A stretch of DNA of 63,527 nt, counting the filler, from Hyphochytrium catenoides (taxonomy: Eukaryota > Protista > Hyphochytriomycota): the NCBI GenBank assembly GCA_900088475.1. It is 4 parts of 4 records of this genome, joined end to end, with 100 filler letters (N's around TTAATTAATTAA, not from the genome) between each part and the next. Parts side by side here need not be neighbours in the genome. Positions count along the whole stretch, not along the records: positions 1 to 13,135 come from FLMG01000876.1; 3 more parts are not named here. One strand, written 5' to 3'. The notes beneath the pieces were generated by a model. The model saw only the letters and a program-made list of their open reading frames with translations, made no database searches and had not been told where the DNA came from. Position numbers and translations under genes: made by a program. Below, in pieces: positions 1 through 12,619 of the stretch. Numbering within the stretch: the first letter of the stretch is position 1; every line of letters begins with the position of its first letter.

Positions 1-98
1 ACAGAGAGAGAAGAGACAGAGATGAGAGAAAGATGAGAGAGGGAGGGAGAGAAGCAAAAGACAGGGAGAACAACGAAAAGAGACGGAGAGATAGGAGA

Positions 99-143
<45 letters not shown>

Positions 144-388
144 AGGGGAGAGATCCTGCTGTCACTACTCGGACAAGTACTGGTCCCACATGCGCAACTG
201 AGCATTTAGAATAGGGTATTTGTATTCCGAACGGATGGTAACTATAGGGTGAGGATTCTGCATAAGATTCATATACACTGAACTTCACTCCAAGATACAG
301 TACAGTAGAGCCAGACGAGCTACCAGTAGTGCATACGTACCCCTCTCTCCTNNNNNNNNNNNNNNNNNNNNNNNNNNNNNNNNNNNNN

Positions 389-427
<39 letters not shown>

Positions 428-1468
428 TCCTTTGTTAGTACAGTAGGCGGCTGGAGTTCTGCGAGGCGTCTGCTCTAATAAGTCAAGATGTCTCCGGAAG
501 CAAGACAGAGACTCTTTCTCTCTCTCTCTCTCTCTCCCTCTCTCACACCTCCTCCTCGGCTCTCGGCGCTCCGTCTCCCTTTCTCTTGTCTTATTTCCCT
601 CTCTCCTCTTTCTCTCTTTCCTGCAAACCACACAACTGCTACTTCATCTCTCCTCTCTTCTCTCTCTTTCTCTCCCTTTCTCTCTTCTCTCTCTTTCTCT
701 TCCTCTCTTTTACTCTCTCTTTCTCGCTCTGTTCTTCTTAGAAAGACCCTACTAGAAGACTCCTCCACTTCGTGCACTCTGGCCCAGAAAAAGAGAGAGA
801 GAGGAGATTGCATGGAAGAAGAAAGAGGAAGAGACACATACCACGCCAGAGATAATGAAGAGAGGGAAAAGAGAACAGGAGAAACCAACCAGCCGTCTCT
901 TTCGACAATATATACAGATCGACAAAGTTCTTTCCTCTTTACTTCTTCATTGCTGTGTCTGCTCTTCCTCTTCTACCTTCTTCCGTCCTGTCTGACTCTC
1001 TCTTCAGTTCTCATCCTCCTCTATATCGCTTCCTCTCTCTTCTTTTTGTCTCTTCTCTCTCTACCGTTTGTTCTCTCCTCCTCTCTCTTCTCTATCCCGC
1101 GTCGTCTTTCTCTTCACCTTCCCCTTTCCTTCCCTTCCCCTCTTTCCTCTCTCTCTCTCTCTNNNNNNNNNNNNNNNNNNNNNNNNNNNNNNNNNNNNNN
1201 NNNNNNNNNNNNNNNNNNNNNNNTCTCTCTCTCTCTCTCTTCCCTCTCTCTCTGCTCTTTCCCTATCGCCTCTTTGTCTCCCCCTTTCCGCTTGGTCCCA
1301 CACTGCCTTCTGCTGGTTGGTCGGCGCGGTCGGTGCTTCCCTTCCCACGTCCCAATGTGCTCTTCGGTCCTTTCTTTCCGAAGTCCTGCGCCTTTCTTCT
1401 TGTTCTTCTTCTCTCGCTCTTTCCTCTCTCTCTTTCTGTCCTTCCTGCCTCTCTCTCTCCCTCTCTCT

Positions 1469-1527
<59 letters not shown>

Positions 1528-1748
1528 TGTGCTGGTCATCCGCCACGGGCCGAAAAGAGAAAGAACCATGGTTCTAGAAGACGGAGAAGAATAAGAAGAC
1601 ACCTTAAAAGCGACATCACCAGGCCATCGGGGGTTCTTTTTTTCTTCCCCTTCGCTGTTCTTTTTTAAGCGGATACAGAGAGAGAGACGGAAAAGGAGAA
1701 AGAGAGAAGAGAGAGGGAGAGAGAGAGAGAGAGAGAGAGATGATAGAT

Positions 1749-1780
<32 letters not shown>

Positions 1781-1913
1781 AGAGATAGAGAGAGAGAGAG
1801 AGAAAGAGAGAAAGAGAGAAAGAGAAGGAGGTTGGAAAGAGAGAGATATAGCTTAGCAAAAAAGAGGGAGATACTAACAGAGAAGAGAGAGACATAGGGC
1901 AGAGTGAGGAAGA

Positions 1914-1963
<50 letters not shown>

Positions 1964-2215
1964 TGGAGGGAAAGAGAGGAGAGAGAGAGAGAGGAGGACA
2001 GCACGAAAAAAGAGCAAGCAATCAGCTAAAAAATAATAGAGTGCCAGCTTCTCTTTCCTCCGCTCGCAACTACCTTCCTCATTATCAATATTCCTCCCCG
2101 GGAGCAAACAGCCCACAGTGAAGACAGAAGAAACGAAAGAAAAGCCAACAACGCTCTCTCTCTTCTTGCCATTCCTCTCTCTCTCTCTCTCTCTGCATCA
2201 AGCACAAGAAAAACC

Positions 2216-3106
2216 ATGGCGTTTAACGTTAAGTCAGCACTCTTTCTCGCCGCCGCCGCTGTTGCTGCCGTGGCGTTGCCCATCGGTCCCGCGGAGGCGG
2301 ACCCAATCTCTGATATTCTGGACAATCTGCAGACAAATCTTCAAAATTCACTTAATCTGGAAGATTTTCTGAAGCTTTTGCGCCCTATTGACCGCTGTGA
2401 AGGCGTTCAACCGCTGGCTCCTAACTTTAACCTAACGAGCTACACGGGCCGCTGGTACGAAGTGGCCAACACGCGCGCTCAACGCTTCACTTTCCAGGCA
2501 AATTGCCGCTGCAGCATCGCAGAATACACAGCTTTTCCCAAGAGTGGCACCGTTGGCGTTGAGAACACGTGTGTCTCTCTTGATCGGAAAGGCAAGAGAG
2601 AAGAGACGAAGATTTTTGGCTACGCGGTGCCCATCCCTTCTTCTTCTTCTTCGCCACCGAAAGACATTGTCTCTCCTCAGTTCCGTGTGGTCCTCAATGT
2701 AGGAGAATGGATTAGGAGAGGCATCTCTTCTTTCGCAATAAATCTCTTTCTCACCGCGCTTCCCGTTCTGAAGCCCGTCATCGGGGAACAGCAGGCGCCG
2801 CAGACAGAGCCCGTTGAGCCTTCAAAGCCTGTTGATCCTAAGAGTTTGGATTATGAAGACTCTAATTATCTTGTCTTGGAGAGAGACATTGACCCCGTCA
2901 ACGGCGTAGAGTACGCGCTCATCGGCGGAAGATGCAGAAATACCGCGTGGATTCTCTCTCGCGAGCCTAAAGTTAGCGATGCGCTGATGAAGAGAGCAGG
3001 AGAGAAACTCAAGGCGCTAAAGTATGACATCTCTTCCTCTCTCCTGGGAGGATTGGACTTCAAGAGAGTGGAAGAGAAGAACTTGGCACTGTGTGATCAG
3101 AAGTAA
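2216..3106 (+). CDS. Secreted lipocalin (ApoD/Blc/TIL-like), 296 aa, single ORF
   Basis: Signal-peptide-like N-terminus MAFNVKSALFLAAAAVAAVALP. Lipocalin SCR1 FNLTSYTGRWYEVA (GxWYE), CSIAEY..VGVENTC, NYLVL..YALIG, and SCR3 AWILSREPKV. Complex sequence island within microsatellite DNA. Confidence 0.88.
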   Translation: MAFNVKSALFLAAAAVAAVALPIGPAEADPISDILDNLQTNLQNSLNLEDFLKLLRPIDRCEGVQPLAPNFNLTSYTGRWYEVANTRAQRFTFQANCRCSIAEYTAFPKSGTVGVENTCVSLDRKGKREETKIFGYAVPIPSSSSSPPKDIVSPQFRVVLNVGEWIRRGISSFAINLFLTALPVLKPVIGEQQAPQTEPVEPSKPVDPKSLDYEDSNYLVLERDIDPVNGVEYALIGGRCRNTAWILSREPKVSDALMKRAGEKLKALKYDISSSLLGGLDFKRVEEKNLALCDQK

Positions 3107-3367
3107 GAAGAAAGAGGCGGAGAGGACAGGGCGGAGAGAATGTAATGACAAACAGAGAGAAAGAAAGAGAGAGAGAGAGAAAGAGAGAGAAAGTATATTT
3201 AGCTGCTGATCGTTTCTTGACAAATGAGCAGAAGGTTAACTATGGACTTTTTAATAATAGAGACTCTTCTTTTAGTCAACACCAGCTCTTCGTTGGTTTA
3301 TTATTATTGATCAAATGAAAGAAAGAGAGAGAGAGAGAAGAAGAAGAAGAAGAGAGAGAGAGAGAGC

Positions 3368-3415
<48 letters not shown>

Positions 3416-3842
3416 AGTGCGGTGATTAGGAGTTGGTGGTGAGAAGAAGAAACCAGACGCAGCAATGAAAAAAAAGAGTTTCATTTGTGGGGTGGGGTGG
3501 GGAGAGAGAGAGAGAGAGTTCAGTCAGAGAGAGAAGAGAGAGAGCGCTCACTTATGTATATATAAATATACAGAGAGAGAGACACAGAGAGAGATCTCAA
3601 AGTTATACGAAGCTCGTTGTCAGCACTTCCTCTCTTCTTTCTATGTGATCTAGTCCAGAGATAGTGAAGAATACCGAAGGAGAAGAGAGACGAGAAGAAC
3701 ATTCGTGCTTTCTCACCTTCCGTGCGGCTGCGCTTCTCTCTCTCTCATACTTTTTTTAGCTTTTTTCTTCTTCTTCTTCTCTTCTCTTCCGCTCTTCTCT
3801 CTCTTCCTCTATACGTCTCTCTTTCTGTCTGTGGATTTTCTC

Positions 3843-3907
<65 letters not shown>

Positions 3908-4101
3908 CTCGCTGTCTTTATCTATCTCACATTTCTTTCTGCCCTTCATCAACAACATTTGATTCCTCTTGGTTTCAAATCAAAACTACTCGATTCTAAA
4001 ATAATGCAATATATGTGGCGAGAGATTCCTCATCCCAAGCCTATTGTGAAATGGAAAGAAGAGACAAAACAAGAGCGAGCAACAGAGAGGGTGTGTGTGA
4101 G

Positions 4102-4133
<32 letters not shown>

Positions 4134-4166
4134 GAGNNNNNNNNNNNNNNNNNNNNNNNNNNNNNN

Positions 4167-4198
<32 letters not shown>

Positions 4199-4344
4199 GG
4201 GAGAGAAGGATACATCTCATCTCACTCTGACCAGCAAGATAGCAGCAGCAGACAGGAGGAGGCAGAGATAGCAGCAATAGAGCCACCACAGGAGGAGATA
4301 GAAGAGAGAAAAACGAGGGAAAAAGCGGCCACTGCTCCTTCTCC

Positions 4345-4383
<39 letters not shown>

Positions 4384-4495
4384 CCCGCGGCCGAGGGAAG
4401 GACAGCGGAGAAGCTGGAACACGGAGAAGAGAAGAGGAAAGTAGAGAGGGAGAGAAAAACCGGAAGAGACACAGAGAAAGAGAGAGAGAGAGACT

Positions 4496-4603
4496 ATGGA
4501 GGGAAGCAAAGTAGAGGAGGATGGAGCTGCCTCGGTGGCGGCAGCAGAGAGAAAGGCAGCGCTGGACGCACATTTCCAGGTCTTACAAATCCACACTATT
4601 CCT

Positions 4604-4640
<37 letters not shown>

Positions 4641-5571
4641 TCTCTCGCTTTCTCTCTTTTCCCTCATCTCTCACACTCTCTCTCTGTCTCTCTCTCTTTC
4701 TCTCTTGTTAACTCTTTCTCTTTTGGTTTTAACTCTCTCTCCATCTCTCCATCTCCCTCTTTCTCTCCCTCTCTTCTCTCACACTAAATCTCTTTGGATA
4801 ACTCTCTCTCTCTCTCTCTCTCTCTCNNNNNNNNNNNNNNNNNNNNNNNNNNNNNNNNNNNNNCTCTCTCTCTCTTTCCTCTCTCTCTCTCTCTCTCCAG
4901 GAGGCGCAGCTGGCCCGGCGGCGGCAGCAGGAAGAGCGGCTGGCCGCCTCTGCGGATCGCCAGGCTCCCACAGAAAATGTCACCAACTTCTGGAATCAGT
5001 ACAACCAACAAAAGGAAGAAATTGTGAAGAGTGAGTGATTCTTTTTTCGTTGTCTCTTTCTCTCTCTTTCTCTCCTCTGTGTGTCTCTCTCTTTCTCACC
5101 CAGTTCCCTCTTTTCCTCCCTTTTCTTTCTCCCTTGTCTCCTCTCCCTCTATCTCGCGGTGTCTCTCTCGTCCTCAGCCGGTCAGTTTCCTTTGTCTCTT
5201 TCTCTCCCTTCTCTGTTTCTCTTGTCCCTTCTCTCTTTCTCTTTCTACCTCTTTTTAAAGGTCTCTCCCCATCTCACTCTCCTCAGTGTCACAAAGCGAC
5301 TCTCTTTCTTTCTCTCTCTCTTCTTGTCTGTCGTCTCCCTCTCTTCCCCCTTTCTCTTTCTCCTTCCGTGTTTCCCTCTCTCTATCCAGCTCCCTCTTTG
5401 TGGTCTGTTTTGTCTGTCTCTCTCTTTCTCTATCTCTGTGTGTCTCTCTCTTTCTCTCTGTGTATGTCTCTTTGATCGTTCTTCTCACCGTTTGTCTCTC
5501 TCTATTATTACGTTTTCTCTTTATGCTCACCTTTGTGGCCCTCTTTTTGTTTCGTTCTCCTAACCCTCCTC

Positions 5572-5607
<36 letters not shown>

Positions 5608-6761
5608 CTCTCTCTCTCTCTCTCCCGTGTCTTTCTCTCTCTCTTTCTCTCTCTCGATCGCTCTCTTCCTCACTCTCTCTCTCTCTTGCTTCTCTCTCTC
5701 TCTCCCTCTCTCTCTCTCTCTGGTGTGTGTGTGTCTCTCCCTCTGTCTCTGTCTCTCTCTCCCCGGTGTGTCTCTCTCCTTTTATCTTTTTCTTTATCAC
5801 GCTTCCTTGCCTGCATTTTCTACCATCTCCGAAGCTCTGGCGGCGCTCAAGATCCTCGGTGAAAGTACCGAGGAGGAGAGAGAGAGAAAGAGAAAGAAAG
5901 AAGAGCTCCTAAACTCTCTTCCTCCTCTTCTCTCTCGTCTTCAGGAGCTCACCTCCTCCGCAGCTATCTTTCTCCCCTCTTACGACCTGAGGCAGGCACA
6001 GAAGGTCATTCTTCTCTATCTTTCTCTCTCTCTCTGATCTCCTCTCTCGCGATGTCTCTCTCTCCCTGTGTCCTGTTCTGTCTCTCTCTCCCACAGTTCG
6101 TTCTTCTCCTAGGCCATGTCTCTTGCTTTTGTGCTCTCTTTCTCTTCCTCCATTTTTATTCTCTCTCTCTCTTTCTTTCTCTAACTTTTCCTCACATATA
6201 AAATCTACTCTGTGCTCTCTATCTTTTCTTTCACCTTTATTTTGCTCATCTTCTCTCTCTCTCTTTCTCTAATTCTTCCTCACATAAAAAACCTACTCTG
6301 TGCTCTCTCTCTTTCCTTTCATCTTAATTTTGCTCATCTTCTCTCTCTCTCTTTCTTTTTCGCTTTTACTCTCTCCTTTTCTCTCTCGCACACATACTAT
6401 CTCACCTATAACTTTCATTTCTCTCTCTCTCTCTCTCTCTCTCTGTGTCTCTCTCTCTCGTTACAGGGCATCTCGGACTTACACTCCGCTGTTGAGTCAA
6501 CAAAAGAAGAAGTAGAGCCGAGGAAGAAGTTCTCTTTTGCTTCTCGAAGGAAGAAAGGAGCTGAAGAAACATCGAAGAAAGAGACAGACAAGTCATCTAT
6601 CTCAGGTCTCTCTTTCTCTCTCCCTGATTTTCTCTCTTCTCTCTCGCTTTCTTTCTCTCTTTTTCTCCCTTTGGCTAGCGCTCTTTGGATTCTCCTTCTC
6701 TCCTNNNNNNNNNNNNNNNNNNNNNNNNNNNNNNNNNNNNNNNNNNNNNNNNNNNNNNNNN

Positions 6762-6794
<33 letters not shown>

Positions 6795-7558
6795 TCTTTC
6801 TTTCTCTCTCTTTCTCTCTCTCCTCACTCTCTCTCCTTTTTTTCCTCTCTCTCTCCCTCTCTCATACTCACTCGTTCACCCTCTCCTCGTGCTCTTCTTG
6901 TTGAATTAATGTCACTTTCTCTCTTTCTCGCTCTCTCTCTTACCCTCTCCTTTCTTTCTCTCTTCCTATCCCTCACGGATTCTCTTCTTCCCCCTTATTC
7001 ACTCTCCCCTTTCTTCTTTCTCTCTGTGTCTCTCTCTCCTATCTTCTCTCTCTCCTATCTTCTCTCTCTCTGTGTGTCTCTCTCTTCTTTGTTCTCTCTC
7101 TCTCTGTGTCTCTCTCCTTTCTTCTCCCTCTCTCTCTGTATCTCTCTCTCTTTCTCGCGGGTGCAGCTTCTGCGGCCTCTGATGGTCCGGAGAGAGAGAG
7201 AGAGGCTGCGGCTGGCCGTACAATTCAAGGCAAAACTGGTGAATTTGTCCTCATCGCTCAAGGAGAGCTCAATGAACAAGGAGAGAATGGACAGGATGTC
7301 AGGTAAGGAGAGAGAGAAAGAGAGACAGAGAGAGAAAGTCTTGAATCTTTCTTCTTCTGCCTCTCTCCCTCTCTTTCTCTCTTTAATTCTGGCTGTTTCT
7401 CTCTTCTCTCTCGTGTCTTCAAGTTTGGTGATATTCAGAACTTTCCCTCCTTTGTGCGCTCTGGCTACCCCCACCCTCTCTCTCTCTCTCTCTTTTTCTC
7501 TCTCTCTCTTTCTTTCTCTCTCTCTCTCTCTGTCTCTCTCTCCCCCTCACTCTCTCTG

Positions 7559-7598
<40 letters not shown>

Positions 7599-8486
7599 TT
7601 GCCTCTCCTACCTTCCCCCTCTCTTTGTCTCTTTCGGATCCCTCTCACTGTTCTCCCTCCCTCTAACCTCTCTCTTTCCTCCTTTCCACGGTTCTCTTGC
7701 ATACCTTCACCCTCTCTCTCTCTCTCTCTCTCGTCTTCCTCTCTCGCTCTTGCTCTCTCTCTCTCTGTGTCTCTCACTCTTTCTCTCTGTCTCTCTCTCG
7801 TCTTCTGTCTCTCTCTCTCTCTCTCTGTCTCTCTCTCGTCTTCTGTCTCTCTCTCTCTGTCTTTCCTTTTCATCTTGAAGACTCTCGCGGCTGACTGACT
7901 GTGTGGTCTGTGTGCTGGACGTGTCGAGCGCTCTTCATATTGATAATCTCTCCCGCTGTCAAGTCTTCGCAGGACCTTGCGCGGGCTCCGTCCTTTTACA
8001 GGTTCTCTCTCTCTTTCTTTCTCTCTCTCTCTGCTGTCTGTCTCTCTCCCTTTTTCTCGTTTTCTCTCCTTGCCTCTGTCTCTCTTCTCTAAGACACGCA
8101 CACACAATAATACCTTTCCCTTACCCACCCCCTCCTTTTCTCTCTCTCTCCCCTTTCTCTCTCTCTCTCTCTCTCTTTTTTTCTCTCGCACGCACACGTA
8201 TTCCTTGTCTTTAACCAANNNNNNNNNNNNNNNNNNNNNNNNNNNNNNNNNNNNNNNNNNNNNNNNNNNNNNNNNNNNNNNNNNNNNNNNNNNNNNNNNN
8301 NNNNNNNNNNNNNNNNNNNNNNNNNNNNNNNNNNNNNNNNNNNNNNNNNNNNNNNNNNNNNNNNNNNNNNNNNNNNNNNNNNNNNNNNNNNNNNNNNNNN
8401 NNNNNNNNNNNNNNNNNNCCCTCTGTCTCTTTCTCTCGCACACAAACACTGTAATTCAAATTCTCTTTCTGACTCTCTCTGTCTCT

Positions 8487-8534
<48 letters not shown>

Positions 8535-9301
8535 ATAGGGCTGCAGGGACTGTGAGTTCTTTCTCTCCTCTCGGCAGCTGAGGATCCACGACTCTTTCTC
8601 CTGCATTTTCTATGTAAACGTTCTCTCCGGTCCGATCATCGAAGACTGTGACTCTCTCTCTTTCTCTTTCTATGATTTGCACTACCGAGACATTGAACAG
8701 CAGGAGAAGAGAGCGGAGATACAGAGGTAAACAGGACTCAATCGTTTCGTCTCTCTCTCTCTCTCTCTCTCTCCTTCTGCTTTCTCTCTCTCTCCTTCTG
8801 CTCTCTCTCTCTCTCCCTCCTTCTGCTCTTTCTCTCTCTCTCCCTCCTTCTGCTCTTTCTCTCCCTTCGTCTGTCTCCTTATGACTCTCCCTTTCTTCTC
8901 TTTTCATCATTGTCTCTGCCTCTCTCTCTTTTTGCTCTCTCCTTCTCTTCCACTTCATTATCTCTCTCTCTTCTTCTGTCGCTCTCTTCGCCTTCCTTTT
9001 TACCCTTTGTCCTTCTTTCTCTCATTCTCTCTCTCTTCCTCCCTGAATTGGTTTTTCCCCTTCTCTTACGGTTTTCTCCCTGAAAATAACCCAGTTTTCT
9101 GTCTTCACTCTCTCTCTCTCTCTCTCTCTCTCAAGGACGGAGCTATGGCGTGAGGTGAATGACTTCAAGTGGCTGAAGCGACAACAGTCGCCTCACTGGA
9201 GAATTTTACCAAAAGAGGAGAGAAACCCTAAGATTCCTAAGGAGGCGGAGCAGTATGTCTCTCTCTCTCTCTCTTCCTCTCCTCCGCTATCTTTACCCTG
9301 A
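4496..9301 (+). CDS. TBCC: Tubulin-specific chaperone C (tubulin-binding cofactor C), 8 exons: 4496-4579, 4901-5030, 5835-6004, 6467-6605, 7167-7302, 7881-8001, 8539-8726, 9136-9301
   Basis: Phase-compatible GT-AG introns give one frame. N-domain motifs FLPSYDLRQAQK and PRKKFSF. Beta-helix motifs LHIDNLSRCQVFAGPCAGSVLL, SRQLRIH (arginine finger), GPIIEDC and WREVNDFKWLKRQQSPHW. Confidence 0.92.
6181..6356 (+). repeat. 88-bp tandem duplication (2 diverged copies) in TBCC intron 3
   Basis: ctaa..ttcctcacata.aaa..ctactctgtgctctct...attttgctcatcttctctc begins at 6181 and again at 6269. Confidence 0.8.
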
Positions 9302-10341
9302 ATCACTCTCTCCCTCCCCTGATGACAGAGAGGAAGAGAGTAGAGGAGAGAGAGAGAGAAAGAGGAGACAGACCAGCAGAAAGAGAAAAAGAAAGAGAGA
9401 GAAAGAGAGAGAGAGACGGGAGCCAGATTGGTCAGACGCTGGAAGTAAATAGAGGAAAGAGAGTCTGATTCCTAAGGAAAGAGAGGCCAAATGATTCCTA
9501 GGGAAGGGAGAGGCCAAGGAGAAAGCAAAGGCAAATGCTGGAGAGAGAGAGAAAGAGAGAGAAAAGAGGGAGAAAGAGAGAGATAATTTTTGCTAAGAAA
9601 TAACTCTGTCTCTCACCTCCTTAAGCGCAGATAGACAGGGAGAAAGATGTCCAACATAAGGCCCCAAGTGGGAGAACATTGAATAGAAGAGAGAGAAGAA
9701 AGGATATGGAGAGAGAGAGAGCTGGAAGAGAGGGAGAGAGAGACTCCATTTGAGGTGATAGGTAAATGAGTACATATATAGAGTGATGTTGTCTTTGTAT
9801 GGGCGAGAGAAATTCCTCCTGTACATTCTCCTTAGCTTGTGCTTTCCCTCTCTCTCTTTCTCTCTCTCTCTCTTCTCTTCTTTACCACCTAATACATTCC
9901 CTGTTGGTTCCCTTCTCTCTCTTTCTGGGACGGCATTCCATCACATCGACTTCTCTCTGTTTTGCTCTTCTTGGTCTCTCTCCTCTCTTTTGGCTGAAGA
10001 GAGAAAGAGAGAAACCCGGCAAACATCGGAAAGGAAGAGAGTTTCCTGCCTTTCTTCCTTGTGAAGAGAGACCAAGCGTGCACAGCCCTGCACGGCTGTG
10101 GCGCTTTTATCTTCTGGATACGTGGAAGAGAGAGAGAGAGAGAGAGAGAGAAAGAAAGAGAGCAGAAAGAGGGACACCAAAGTCTTCCTCTTTCCTCCTC
10201 TGACAACATAAGCAAGAGACTCTCTTCCTCGTAGGAGAAAAAAGAGAGAGGGAGAAATGGGGACGAAAAGTGGATTTTAGCAAAGAGAGAGAGAGAGAGA
10301 CCCCAAACGGGAGAGAGAGGGACCTAGAGAGAGAGAGAGAC

Positions 10342-10520
10342 CTAGAGAGAGAGACGGTTCATATCGTCTGACACTCTCCATATCTCATCCAATTCCCCTA
10401 AGTTTTCTAAGTCTGAGAAGCGCCCCATCACGCCCAACTCATTGAGAAAACCGTCCAAACTGTTCCGGGGGACATCTCGAGAGCGGCGACCAGAAGAGGG
10501 AGGACGGGAAGAGGAGCCTG

Positions 10521-10552
<32 letters not shown>

Positions 10553-12138
10553 AGAGAGAGAAAGTGTGTTAAGAGAGAGAGAGAGAGATTTTCAAGATGG
10601 AAAAGAATGAGAGAGAGAAGAGATGGTGTGCGTGTGTGTGAGGATGAGCCTCCGAAGTATGCGATAGCGACCGGTAGGACAAAGAGTAGGCTTAGTGAGA
10701 GCGAGAGAGAGAGAGAGAGAGAGAGAGAAAGAAAGGAAAGAAAGAGAGGGAGGACAAGAGAGCGAGAGACAGGTAGTGACAGATGAAGACGAAAGAGAAA
10801 AGTGATAAGAGAAGAGTTAAAGTGAGAGACAACGTAAATAGAGAGTAGAGAGGAGGAGGAGAGAGAGCGAAAGAGAGAGAGAGAGAGCTTTACCTTCCAT
10901 GTTCCTTGGGGTGCCACTGGTGCTGGTGCTTTGGCTTTTATTCTCTTCGTCTCTCGCCTGCTGGGCTGCCACTCCTGCTGCTCCTCCTGCTCCACTCCCT
11001 CCCTGCCCAGCTGGCACCGTGGAAGAAGAGAGAGAAGAAGACGCTGCGGAAGACAAAGAGAGAGAAGAAGAAGAAGTAGTAGTAGAAGAAGAAGAGACAG
11101 TGACCGCTGTTTTCTGCTGCTGGAACTGGAAAGAAGGAGGAGGAGGGTTCTGGACTCTCCCCTGTTGTCTCTGCTGCTGAGTAAACTGCTGAGCAAACAT
11201 CGCCGCTGGGTTGAAAGCCACAGGCGCGGGAGGAGAAGAGGAAGACGCGGGGAGAGAAGAGAGAGACGCTGCGGAAGAGACAGCAGGCGGGGGAGGGACA
11301 GGGAGAGAGAGAGAGGTGGCAGGAGGATGGGGCGGAGGAGGATGATGGGGAGGGAGAGAGTGCTGTCTCTGCATGTTTTGCAGGTGTTGCTGTTGAAGAA
11401 TCAGCGCCTGTTGAGGAGTCAGAGCAGCCGCAGGCGGGGCCTGCACGAAACGAATGGCTGGATTCTGCATCATCGCCTCCGCCCGGGCGTTCTGTTCCTC
11501 TAACTTGAGCATCTCCTAAAAGAGAGAGAGAGAAGAGAAGAGAGAGAGAGAGAGAAAAAGGAGGATGAAAGGAAGAAGAAACGGAGGGAAAGAATAGCAA
11601 GAAGAGAGGGGGAAGGGTTAAGAGGTAAGTTCTCTCTGCAGTTACTTCTCTGACCTAGACCTCGAGGGCCTGACTCAATGTCTTGCTCCATCAGACAGTT
11701 TCTCCTTCTCTCTCTCTCTCTCTTCCCCGCAACTTGAACCCTCCATTGAGCTCTGTTGTTTGCTTTCTCTCTNNNNNNNNNNNNNNNNNNNNNNNNNNNN
11801 NNNNNNNTCTCTCTCCCTCTCTCTCACCTGTAGATGATGGTCCTGCTTCATAAATTGTGCTCGCTGCCTATTCAAAATATCCTGCTGCCGATTCAGCATT
11901 TCTTGCTGAGCATGCAGTCTTCCCTGCCCAGTCGGGTCAGCGGCCAGCAACGCCGCTTGTTGACTGAGGGCAAGAGACCGAACCTGCGCTGCAGGGTCGC
12001 CTCCCATAAAGAGCGCGGCCAATTGTGGATTCATGGCCATCATGTGCTGAGAGAGAAGCGTCTGCTGAAGGAGAGCCGCCCGAGGATGCTCTGCTTTTAA
12101 CTTGGCACTAGCCTGAAGGGCGGCTTGGGCTATTTTCC

Positions 12139-12183
<45 letters not shown>

Positions 12184-12619
12184 AGAGTGAGAGACAGAAA
12201 GAAAGAAGAGCGAGAGGAAGAGAAGAGCGAGAGGAAAAGAATGTGTGGGGAAGGTGGGAGAGATAGGGAATAGCTAAGGTCCATAATTTGCCAAATATGG
12301 AAAGAAGAGAGAGACAGAGAGAGAAAGGGAAGGATCGAGGAGAAAGGTGGAAGGAAATATGTCGAACTGCTCTCGACTTTTAGTACCAACTACTCTCTCT
12401 CTCTCCGTATCTCTCTCTCTCTTCAGAGCTTCCTCTAGCCGTCCATGGCCGTGTCTTACTCTCCAAGAGTCTCACCTCTCTTGCCTCTTGAGACTCTTCC
12501 ACCTAATTTTCACTGCATCTTCGGTTCTTCCAGGAAGCATCGCCGCAATTTGGCTCCACTTGTTTCCCAGTTTCTGCTGCTGCTCCAGGATGATCCGATC
12601 CTCTTCTGGTGTATACTCC
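10342..12619 (-). CDS. MYB transcription factor, 5'-truncated. Exons 12619-12476, 12137-11828, 11515-10894, 10517-10342
   Basis: R3-type MYB repeat EYTPEEDRIILEQQQKLGNKWSQIAAMLPGRTEDAVKIRWKSL. Canonical phase-matched splice sites lead into Q/P/S-rich exons and an acidic tail ending DDMNRLSL*. No upstream repeat was found before the scaffold end. Confidence 0.85.

Noticed and set aside
10075-10118. Small hairpin cacagcc-ctgcac-ggctgtg followed by a T run
   Set aside because: A 7-bp stem is expected by chance, and bacterial-type terminators are not meaningful in this eukaryotic context.
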